Of a stretch of 64,000 bases of DNA, positions 45,552-55,643 are shown one piece after another. How positions within the stretch are numbered: the stretch's first letter is position 1; every line of letters starts with the position of its first letter. This DNA is from Lama guanicoe (taxonomy: Eukaryota), in assembly GCA_013239625.1 (NCBI GenBank), contig MU053334.1, positions 445,190 through 509,189 of the forward strand, read 5' to 3'. Both the position numbers and the translations under genes were made by a program. The notes under the pieces are model-generated. The model saw only the letters and a program-made list of their open reading frames with translations, had not been told where the DNA came from and ran no database searches.

Positions 45552-46037
45552 TGACGGAGTTAGCTTCCTGTCACTGCTGTAACAAATTACTGCAAACTGA
45601 GTGGCTTACGGTAACACACATTTAGTGTCTTACAGTCCTGGAGGCCAGAAGTCTGAACTGGTCAGGCTGGACTCCTCCTGGAGGCTCTGGGGGGATCTGT
45701 TCCTGCCTTTTCCAGCTTCTGCAGGCGCCCGGGCTCCACGGCTCACGGCCCCCTCCCTCAGCACAGCCGCTGGGAGAGCGTCTTCCTGGCTCTGGCTGCT
45801 CCCCTGCTTCCCTCGTCTTCCTTCAGTTTGTCCGCTTTCTCTGGTCCTGCCTCCCTTTTGTAGGGACCCTTGTGAGGACACTGGGCCCACCAGACAGTCC
45901 AGGGAGAGTTCACCTCAAGATGCTTAAGTCAGTCACACCCCAAAGTCCCTTCTGTCACGTAAGGTGACATTCACACGTTCCAGGGATGAAGACCTGGACA
46001 TCCTGGGGCGGTGGGTGCGTCACTGAGCTTAATACAG
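45552..46037 (-). mobile_element. MLT1D-like LTR
   Basis: ctgctgtaacaaattactgcaaactgagtggctt...tcttacagtcctggaggccagaagtctgaa...taaggtgacattcacacgttccaggg. Confidence 0.88.
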
Positions 46038-46079
46038 TCAGTCTGCAAAAACACGCATTTCTGTGGGTAAGCGTGTGGC

Positions 46080-46760
46080 GGATTGCTGGGGAGCCGCATC
46101 GCAACGCCGTGTACTTGGAAAAAACGGAACAAAAGGTAGACGAAACCTCACTGAAGACTGCAAAGAAGTGCTGAAGGAACAGCAGGAGGGCGAAGCACGC
46201 GAAGCCGCAGACAAGACTGAAAGAACAGACGATTCAGCACCAAGACGTCAGTTCTCAGTCTGCTCTGTGCTCAAGCCCAGTCAAAATCCCGGGGCTTCTA
46301 GACATTGACGAGCTCACTCTAAAGTGCGTGCGGCCACGCGGACCCCTGGGACGGCGTGCCCGTCCTGAAGAGGGGCCGGGCCTGGAGACTCCATCCCTCC
46401 GGTTACCCAAGACTGAGTGGCTCTTTTGGGAGCGCAGACACCCAGGCCAACGGGCAGAGCGGGGGGCCCAGGAAGAGACGCGCCCACCGGCCTCGTGTGG
46501 GGCGGCAAACAGTGAAGCTTCTGGAGGAAAGCAGGGAAGCGTGTCCTCAGGACTCTGAGACAGGCCCAGATGACTTAGAACCCAAAGATATCAACTACGA
46601 AAGAAAAAGCGAGCAAGCGGGCGCCGTCAAAACTAAGAGCTTCATCAAAAGCCACTGTTCAAAAAGAGACCGCACAGACGCCTGCCGAGGCACGTGTGCC
46701 AAGCGTGTTGCAAGCTCTGTCACAGATCAGAGAGGGAAGGAGACAACCTACGGCGGGGCG
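46080..46760 (+). mobile_element. Highly eroded L1 ORF2 fragment
   Basis: aagacgtcagttctc...cccagtcaaaatccc...cattgacgagctcactctaaag...gtcaaaactaagagcttc. Confidence 0.65.
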
Positions 46761-47929
46761 GGCGCCACGCAGCAGAGGTGCTCGGCTTGGTGGTCTGCAC
46801 CCCCTCACGCCCCCCAGAAAGGGCCACGTGGGGGCCGCTGGCGGGAGCACCCCTCAGACCCGGGGGCAGGCGCTGTGCGCCAGCCGGCCCGACGCAGCCG
46901 GCTGGGACCAGTGGCCGCTCCAGCTGGGTCCTGGCCGGCCGCAGCCAGGGCCGAGGGCTCTTCCTGTCGCTGCCCAAGACCCCTCCCTGCGCCCGTCCCG
47001 TGCCTTCCTGAGTGGTCGGCGCGGGTCCCGCTGGCAGGGCGGGGTGACCGGCCGTCCTGGTTCCCGGGGCCTGAAGGGTTTCTTGGGACGTGGGACTTTC
47101 AGCTTTAAAACCAGGATGGTCTTGGCAAACTGGGACTGCCGGTCATCCTGGGTGGAGCCGAAGCCCGGGGGACAAGGGAGCTAGGGTCTGGCCCAGGCTG
47201 TCTGTGGCCGGGGGATGCACACTGAATCCAGTTTACAGCTGGGGCCTCCCAGAGTTGGGCGGACACACCTCGTGCCCCGAGGGGGCCCTTCTGCTCCCTC
47301 AGTCGGGTTCACTTGTCAGGAGCTGGGATGGAGAGAGGGGTCCTGGGACAGAGGCATGTGGAAGAGTTGAGGGGCCTGAGAGGGAGTGGGGTCGTCCAGC
47401 GGGGAGCAGCCTGGGGACGACTTCCCAAGGGACTGTGGCCCGTGGGTGAAGGGCTGTAAGTGGCTCCATGTCTCTACTGGCTGAATCTCCTCGTCTCGAA
47501 GGCATGTGGTCCCCGGTGCCTGCCACAGCCCTGGCCACAGGAGCGGGGCTTCTGGCCTGGTCAGAGCCCCCAGCCCGGCCCTTGGTGGGGTCCCTGCATC
47601 TGTGCTGCCTCAGCCTTCGCCCAAGGGCTCCGAGTGGGTGTCTGGCCTTGGGTGTGGAGCCTGGAGGCGCCAGGGGCCGCTGCTGCACTGGGGCTCCCCT
47701 CTCCAGGCTCGGCCCAGGGCGGGTGTCGGGGCCCGTCTGCAGGCCCGGGGGCTGAGGGGAGAGAGGCAGCCGATTCGAGGAACGGCCGGGGCGGCCGGGC
47801 CCCATGCCCGAGGAGCCACTGCCTCCCGTTCCTGCTGGGCGGCTAAGGCTCCACGGTTTGCAGCACCTGGGCGTGTGTGCGCGTGTGCGCGTGGGAGGGT
47901 ATATTTGCACGTGTGTTCTTGCATGTTTC

Positions 47930-48350
47930 TGTCGGCTGAAAAAAATGCCCAACCTAAAGTTGAGACTGATGTTTTATTCGGCGGACTTTCTGAGGACTTC
48001 AAGCCTGGGAGACAGGCTCCCGGAATCCTCCTCCAGAGGGGTGGGGGAGGAGCCAGGAGACACAGGAGGTTTTGCAACAAAGACCAGGCAGTCAGAACGT
48101 CAAAAAGTACTGTTAATTAAAGAACGCCGACGTCCAAGGTAAGGAATGTAGCGCTTTTCTGTGTCTGGGGAGAGCCCGGTGTCTGGGCTCCTTGGAACCC
48201 TCCCTGTGATGTGCACCTGAGCTCCTAGGGCCAGTGTCCTGGGCTTCCCACCCTGAGACCCTCAGGGAGCCCCGCGGGGGGCGGCCGCCGTGGCTCCATG
48301 GCTGCAACATCCTTTGTTTACTGACAGGCAGGCAACGTTTTCCATCCGCA
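47930..48350 (-). mobile_element. ERV1 solo LTR (MER31-like)
   Basis: tgtcggctgaaaaaaatgcccaacctaaagttgag...ttttatt...gcaacatcctttgtttactga...tccgca, with TG...CA ends. Confidence 0.75.
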
Positions 48351-48460
48351 TTCCCTTGGGTGTGTATGACTGAGTGGCTAGTTACTGCAGCTAGGTTTCT
48401 GTTTCAGCTGTGACGTTTCAGTTCTACCGTTTGTGCACTTGTTTTCAGAAGGAATAGCGA

Positions 48461-48566
48461 CCCACGGCCCTGCTCCCACAGCCCTGTCCCCACGGCCGTG
48501 CGGCCCATGGCCATGTCCCCACGGCCCTGCCACCCACGGCCCTGTCCCCACGGCCCTGCCCCCACA
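48461..48566. repeat. ~14-bp minisatellite (CCCACGGCCCTGTC), ~7.5 copies
   Basis: cccacggccctgctcccacagccctgtccccacggccgtg... Confidence 0.85.
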
Positions 48567-49309
48567 CCAGGCAGTTGCTGCAGGGATCTCCTTGGGCAGA
48601 TCTGGGCTTGTGTCTGACACCAGTGTGATGCCTGGTGAGCATTTCTCGCCAGATTCCTGCGTGGTGGCCTCGGCTCCCGGCTGCTGTGTCCCTGGTCCCT
48701 CTGGGGCACTGTCTCTGCCCCGCTCTGGGTCGAGCGTGTTGGGGTCTGGGTCCCGCCTCTGTTCCCAGGGGCTGGGGTGGGGGAGGTGGGCGTGGGGTCC
48801 AGGCTCTGATTCACAGCAGGTGTGCCCAGGGCACCTCAGTCCCCAGCTCTTCCAGGCAGGAGTGAGTGGACGCTCACTGTCCCGTTTCTCATGGGCCAAG
48901 TGGGAACTCCAAGGGTGGTTCCCCAGCACCTCTGGGTTTCCAGCCCCCAAAGTGGGTGCCAGGCACATGCCAGGCATGTGTGCTCTTAGTGCTGGGACCC
49001 CACCAGCCCTGGGAAGGCTCAGATCAACCAGCATTTCAAGGAGGCCGGCCTTCCCTCACAGCCATTGTCTCATTGACTGTCCCTGGAGATGCGGCCAATC
49101 TATCTGGATTTTATACAAACCAGGAAAAAAGGGATGGGAAGAGGTCCTTTGGAGTGAGAAGGGGCCAGGTCACAGGATGGGGAGGGTGCCTGAGGTGCTG
49201 CCACCAATGGAAAGTGTGATCTGAAATGCCTGCCTCTAAGATCTGCAAAGACAGACACCAAACTCTTGAGGGGTATTTTCTCAAGGTAAGAGTGGCAACT
49301 GTTTATCTC

Positions 49310-50262
49310 TCCTGTTAAACAAGACGCATCATCTTAATCATGTCTAAGTGGACAGTTCGGGGGCCTTGAGCACACTCACGCTGTCGTGCAGCCATCACCA
49401 CCATCCGTCTCCAGAAATTTCCCAAGCTGACTCTCTGTCTCCCCCNNNNNNNNNNNNNNNNNNNNNNNNNNNNNNNNNNNNNNNNNNNNNNNNNNNNNNN
49501 NNNNNNNNNNNNNNNNNNNNNNNNNNNNNNNNNNNNNNNNNNNNNNNNNNNNNNNNNNNNNNNNNNNNNNNNNNNNNNNNNNNNNNNNNNNNNNNNNNNN
49601 NNNNNNNNNNNNNNNNNNNNNNNNNNNNNNNNNNNNNNNNNNNNNNNNNNNNNNNNNNNNNNNNNNNNNNNNNNNNNNNNNNNNNNNNNNNNNNNNNNNN
49701 NNNNNNNNNNNNNNNNNNNNNNNNNNNNNNNNNNNNNNNNNNNNNNNNNNNNNNNNNNNNNNNNNNNNNNNNNNNNNNNNNNNNNNNNNNNNNNNNNNNN
49801 NNNNNNNNNNNNNNNNNNNNNNNNNNNNNNNNNNNNNNNNNNNNNNNNNNNNNNNNNNNNNNNNNNNNNNNNNNNNNNNNNNNNNNNNNNNNNNNNNNNN
49901 NNNNNNNNNNNNNNNNNNNCCCGGCCCCCGGCCCCACCATCTACTTTGTGTCTCTGAGTCTGCCTTCTCCAGGCACCACGTGTGAGGGGAATCAGACAGT
50001 GTCTGTCCTTCTGTGTCTGGCTTATTTCACTGAGCAGCACGTCCCCAGGGTCCATCCACATTGTAGCTGTGTCAGGACTTCCCCCTTTTATGGCTGAATA
50101 ATGCTCCACTGTGTGGATGGCCCACATGTCGCGTGCCCACTCATCCGTCGATGGACACTGGGTTGCCTGCTTGGCTATGTCAGTAACCACTATGGACACA
50201 GGTGTGCAAATATCTCTTTGAAAACCTGCTGTCAGTTCTTTTGGGGACACACCCAGAAGTTA
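49310..50262 (-). mobile_element. L1MB-type 3' UTR spanning an assembly gap
   Basis: tctaagtggacagttc...ccatccgtctccagaa | N | ccaccatctactttgtgtctct...ggcttatttcactgagc...acacccagaagt. Confidence 0.88.
49446..49919. other. Assembly gap (474 N)
   Basis: Run of N. Confidence 1.
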
Positions 50263-52059
50263 TGAGAATGATTTTACACTGTGAAAAACCCCTTTAAAAT
50301 GTGCTGATGGTTTTAGACAGGCGCCCCCTCCCCCACCCCAGCCCCTAGTGAGGATGCTCTGGTCCTGGGGTCAGGGGACTGGTCTGTGCCCTGGCTCTGG
50401 TGCCCTGGGGAGCCTCGGTGAGAAACGTCTGGATGGCGGTGCACTCGGGCCCTGTGCTGCCCTCTCCCTAGAGGCTGACAGGACAGCGATGGGTGACTTT
50501 TCTTCCTCCTAATGTAGGCAAGTGGCCTGGCAGCTCCCTGTCCCATGAATGGCGGTGCTTGGCACAGTGGCCTTCGGGCAGAGGAGGGGGGATTCCTGAG
50601 TAGCATCAGCTGCTCCCTGACCCCGGGGCACCCAGGCTGCTGGGAGCCATGAGGGACACAGACATGCTTGTCTCTGGGGAACAGCACCAACAGAGTCCCT
50701 CAGGGCTATTGGGGTCAGGGTGAGGAGGACCAAGGAAACTGGCCCACCCTGGGGGGGATCTGGGTCAGCAGATCTGCCTGGAGTCTGTGAACACTCCCAG
50801 CGCCAAAATTACTGGCAGATTAGTGGGCACGTGGTGGGGGTGGGCGAGGGGGGGGGGTGCTGTGGCCTCCCTTGGCTTTCCTGAAGGCATCTGGGGCCAG
50901 GGAGGTGGGCGTGGGACCGTCGGGTGGGGGAGGGGGCTGAGCGGCCTTTGCATTTCTGGCACAGGAGGAGGGAGGAGGCTGGCAGGGGCTCCCAGGAGCT
51001 GAGCTGGGCCCAGGGAGACGAGGACCCCAGGCCTGGGCAGAGAGGGGCTTGGCTGGCGGGAACCGGGGGCCTCACTGTGGATATGGGCCGCGGGAAGCTG
51101 GCCCCTCAGCCAAATCGGTGTGTCTTGGGGGCCTGGCTTCAGCGGCCAGGCCAGGTCTCAGGAAGAATTCTGTCTGCCCGGTGATTCAGATAAACACACG
51201 CAGGAAGGCTACAAATCAGGGCAGCCCCACCAGAAAACCAAATTTACTCTCCACTCCCATTCTCTCAGCTCAGAGAGCATCCCCACCCCTCTGTCCTCCG
51301 CCCCGGGGGGGTCTGGGCCGCCTCGCCCAGGGAGGCTGACCCCACCCTGGGGCATCTCCCGCGGCCCTCTCCCCCTGGCCCCCAGCAAAGCAGGAGGGGT
51401 TAGGGCACCACCCTCCTTATCAAGGAAGTTCCCGGCTTGGAGAAAACCCGTGGTCACCCTGCCCTTTCTGTCAACAGCAGCGATAAGTCCTGCTGCTGGA
51501 GGTTCCCAGCGCCTCCCTGCCAAGGTGGCCCCGCTTCCTCTTCACGGGCCAGAGGGCTTCGCCTTGTCTTTGCCCTGAAGTCGTTCTCTGTGTCATGCAA
51601 CCCGTCCCAGGCTGCTGGTTTCTGCGTCGGTGATGTCAGCCATCACAGCACTGCTTGCTGGTGGGTGGCCGGCGGGGCCGCACCCCAGACCCTCACAGTG
51701 TCCCCTGCGTCCGGCGTGACTGCCGCTCATGGATGCTAATCCCCCATCAGTCAGAGACTGTGCCACAGGTCCAGGTGCCACTGGAAGAGAAGGGTGCTGC
51801 TCATTTACCTGTGTCATGGAGCAGACAGGCCCGGGGCACACTGCACTTCCAGATACGTCAAGATGTGCAAAAAGTCAAAGGAATGACGCAGCTCGGCGGC
51901 GTCACCTGCTGCAGGGTGAGAAGGCCGGGGCTACATGAGGCCTCTCAACTCACCCAAGTCTCACATGGCTGGGTGCTGCAAGGGCGGTGGGGGCCCTTCC
52001 TGGGGGCCAGACGAAGCTCAGAGGGTGCTTCCCTGATGCATCAACACGCTTGGTCCCTG

Positions 52060-52185
52060 GGGCAACCATCCTCTGAGCGTCCTGTCCTCTGATCACCATT
52101 TTCCAGATGAGGAGCCCAAGGCACAGAGAGGGAGGTGTGCTGGCCCAGGGCCACACAGCTGATGGGAGCCGGGGCCTGGGTGTCA
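52060..52185 (-). mobile_element. MIR
   Basis: ccattttccagatgaggagcccaaggcacagagag...cccagggccacacagct. Confidence 0.8.
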
Positions 52186-52209
52186 CCTTCTCCCAGCGTC
52201 TGGAGCCCC

Positions 52210-52385
52210 TGGCCCCAGGTTCAAATTCCAGCTGGCCCCTCTGCGGTCATGTACCTCCCACCTGTGTCATCCGAAAATGGGTGTAACCACAGTTCCTACC
52301 ACTCATGGGTTTTTGGTTTTCCAAGGACCAGATTAAATAGCAAAGGCTCCAAACAGTGTGCCCGGCCCACCAGAGCGCCCACCGG
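52210..52385 (+). mobile_element. MIR, head-to-head with the previous copy
   Basis: ggttcaaattccagct...tcatccgaaaatggg...cctaccactcatggg...aacagtgtgcccggc. Confidence 0.65.
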
Positions 52386-53724
52386 GCTGCCACTCCTGTG
52401 TCGGAGCTGCTGGCCCTATACTGAGACGAGGCTGGAGGGGCCTGGAGACGGCTGTCCACCCCACCATGCAGGCGGAAACAGGGGTCACCACTGATTGTCT
52501 GCTCTGAGATGCATGGCTGGTGCAGGCCCAGTGTTTCCCCAGGGGGAGCCGGTTGGAGGGCCCTGGTGTTTGTGGTGTGGGTGTTGACCTCTGGGTTGGA
52601 GATGTGCCCCAGGTGGGAGGGTGGAATTCAAGTCTCTCCCCGCTGCAGCCCCTCGAGGGCACCAGCCTCTGCGGGAGGGAGGCCTGGGTCCCAGCCACCC
52701 GGCCACTCCAGCAGGACCGTCTGGGCAGCTGTCCGGACCTCCCTGTGCTCACGTCCTGGCCCTGGAGGGGAGAAGGCCGTCCCCACGCAGTCTGGCATGG
52801 GAAGGGCCATGAAGCTGCCCGCTGACCCAGGATAGAGCACCCGCCCTGCAGCCTGCCAGCTCGGCTGCCCAGCTCCCTCAGCCACAGCAGAGTGACCCTG
52901 TAGCCCTGGGGTTCGCCTGCCCGGACCTCGGCCGTGCCTAGAAGCTGGAATGGAAATGGCAGGTGTCAGGGAGGAGTCCCAGTGCTGGGCGGGCAGTGCT
53001 GAAGCTAGTGTCCCCTGCCTTGGTCACCGTGGCCAGTGACAGCTGGAGGCCGGGCCAGGCCAGGGTCAGGATCAGGTTTGGGGGTCAGGCAGCCATGTTC
53101 CTGGTGGCTCAGGGTCCTAAGGGACCTGGGGCTGCTTCTCTGTCACGTCACACACCTGGGGAGAGAGCTGTGAGGAGCATGCTGCCCTGGGGACCAGGGC
53201 ACTCCCCCACCCCACGAGGAAATTTCTGGACTCACAGTCCCGCCTGCGGGGCCCTCCCTGCTCACGGCTGGATCCTGGGTTGAAGGGCGTTTGGTCCTCA
53301 ATGTTGACGACAAACAGGGGCTATCTGATGCCCACTTCCTGTCCCAGATCAGAGCTGCTGGGTGAGTCAGCGGCCGGGCGATAGCTGGGAAAGCACGAGA
53401 GGCCAAGGCCTGCGTCCCGTCCCCACGGCCTCCGCTGGTGTCCAGCCGCCACGGCCACGCCGCGCAGCTCCCGCCAAAGCTGGGCCCGACCCTCTGTCCA
53501 AACGAGCCCCACCTCTCCAACTCTGGTAAACCCACTGGTTTATCAGGTGTGGGCAAGGGGCTGGCTGCAGCCCATGCGCAGGCCGTGTGGCCCCTGGGGA
53601 CCCCAGGGGAGCAAAGGCTTCTGGGGCCGCCACCCTGGGCCCGCATGTCCCCGTTTCTGGCTCTGGCTCCCTGTGCAGAGCACCTTCCTAAGCCCCGGCC
53701 CCGTACCCTTCTTCTGCAGAGTTT

Positions 53725-53765
53725 TCATGGACCCACTTCTCAGATGAGGAAACTGGCGGAGGCAG
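53725..53765 (-). mobile_element. MIR core fragment
   Basis: cccacttctcagatgaggaaactg. Confidence 0.5.
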
Positions 53766-54484
53766 CCTTGCCCTTCCCATGGGCTGCCCCCCACTCAACA
53801 CGAAGCCCCCTGAGAGCGGGAGGGGAGAGTCACTGCAGGCTGCTGTAAGGGACCCCCTCTAGCCCCCGACACCTCCACAGCCCCCTCTAGGCTCGGGGAG
53901 GTCCCAGGGAGTAACAAGCCGACGTTCGAGGCTGGGTCACTGGCCCCACACCCGCCCCGACTCCAGACACCCTCCCCATGGTCCCTCTTACGGGGCTTCC
54001 CCTGACAAGAGACGGTACCCCCAGGGCAGGGTGTGCCCCCCTCAAGGCCAGGCTGCTGGCGCAGGTGGGTCAGGAGGCGTGGGGCGGGCTCAGGTCTAGG
54101 CCCCGTGCCGGGAGCAGACACTGGTTAACCTGCCGCCTCCCTGCCTTCCTGGGGGTGTGAGGAGGGCTGGCCCACGTCACTCAGGCTCTCCTTCGCCTGG
54201 GTCCCGGCCTGAGCGGCAGACCCTCGAGCCTCCCCCCGGCACTGATTCCGGATGCCCGCTCTCACAAGCACTAAGGCCACATGGCCTTTGGAGCCAGACC
54301 TGTCCCCTCAGCCTGCCCCGGGGCCCCGCCCTACTCAGCACCAGGGGCCTTGCTGTCCAGCTCTAGGGCCCAGCAGCTGTGCTGGGAGGGGGAGGACGTG
54401 GAGCGCCAGCCTGCGGAGGGGAGGACTGCCTACCCCCGAGCCCAGGCCCTGCCCTGCAGCGAAGTCACCCTCATTCTCTCCCCT

Positions 54485-54600
54485 GCTCATTCACTCCCCC
54501 ACCCATTCACTCCCCCATTCACTCCGGCCCTCATTCACTCACTCCTCATCCCCTGTCCCCTACACTCCTGCTGTGTGCCAGGTGCTCTTTCTCCCAGGTA
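54485..54600 (-). mobile_element. L2 3' tail remnant
   Basis: (CATTCACT)n-like tract followed by ctgctgtgtgccaggtgct. Confidence 0.55.
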
Positions 54601-55399
54601 CCAGGGTCGGTTTGAGGCATGAGGAGTGGACGGCATTGGGGCTGAAAACCAGGTGACCAGAAGGAACTCGGGACAGGCCCCAGGAGAGCCAGAGCAAATG
54701 CTCAGATCAGCCCCAGGGCGCCCCTGTGAGCCCAGCCCCCTCCCCAGCACGGCGGGGCCCAGCCCAGCAGCCCCTGACGACTCTACTGCGAGTCCTGGGG
54801 CAGTGGGGCCCCCAGCCGTGATGGGGGCGTGGACCCCCAGGAGGAAGTTCCAGCCCCAGTGCCCCACACCCTGACAGGGTCCGAGGCTCACAGACCTGGA
54901 GTCTGCAGCCCTGTGTCCAATGCACTCTGGGGCTTTGCCAGCTGGAGCCCACTGGGGCCAAGACCACTGGAACAGTTTTTGGGCTGGTCCATTTGGCATC
55001 TCCCCAGCTCGGTGGCTGCAGCCAGCCCTGCCTCTCAAGGCCCCGGGCACACGTGTGACTCAAGCTGCCCTGGGGCTGCCCACTGCCCACCTGGGGCCAG
55101 AGGCTTGAAGCCCAGCCAGGGTCCCAGGCAGTGCTGGACTGGGGGCTGCGCTGCGGGGAGGCGCCCTGTCACTAAGGGTGCCGCCCCCGAGCCCTACCCC
55201 GGCCAGGGTGAGGCCAGCCCCTGCAGTAGCCTCTCTGGCCACCAGGAACTCAGGGGTCCGGTGGCACGGAAGTGCACCCGGGGAAGGTCCCAGGGCAAGG
55301 GCATATCAAGAGGATGCCTGAAGGCCGGGACTTGGGGATCCTCAGGCCACCCCGTCCCACTGGGAAGACACGCCCATCTCTGCCTGTCATCAGCTGCCG

Positions 55400-55570
55400 G
55401 CCAGCCCAAAGTGAGTGTCCACTGTTTACCTGGGCGAGGGGAACCACAGCCCCTGCCCCGCCCTCCCACGTGAAGCTGCCGGGGCTGGAGCCAGCTCTGG
55501 GACTACAAAAGGCTGCTGGCGGCTCCGAGCCCTCCTCAGAGGCTGCCCTGGGCTTCCCGCCTCACACACC
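55400..55570 (+). promoter_or_regulatory. MUC5AC proximal promoter and 5' UTR
   Basis: Forkhead TGTTTAC 55423-55429, RUNX-like AACCACA 55442-55448, GC box 55456-55463, E-box/HRE CACGTG 55467-55472, TATA-like TACAAAA 55504-55510, and ACCATGG Kozak at 55571. Confidence 0.8.
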
Positions 55571-55643
55571 ATGGGTGTCGGCCGGAGGAGGCTGGCCGCG
55601 CTCTGGGCACTGGCTCTGGCCGTGGCCTGCACCCAGCACACAG
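55571..55643 (+). CDS. MUC5AC: MUC5AC exon 1 (signal peptide)
   Basis: accATGG; donor CAG|GTGAG. Confidence 0.95.

Noticed and set aside
49315..50250. ORFs of 181-311 aa
   Set aside because: Artefacts of translating through 474 Ns.
52060..52385. Inverted MIR pair as a structured ncRNA
   Set aside because: The copies are too diverged to form a convincing hairpin, and there is no evidence of transcription.
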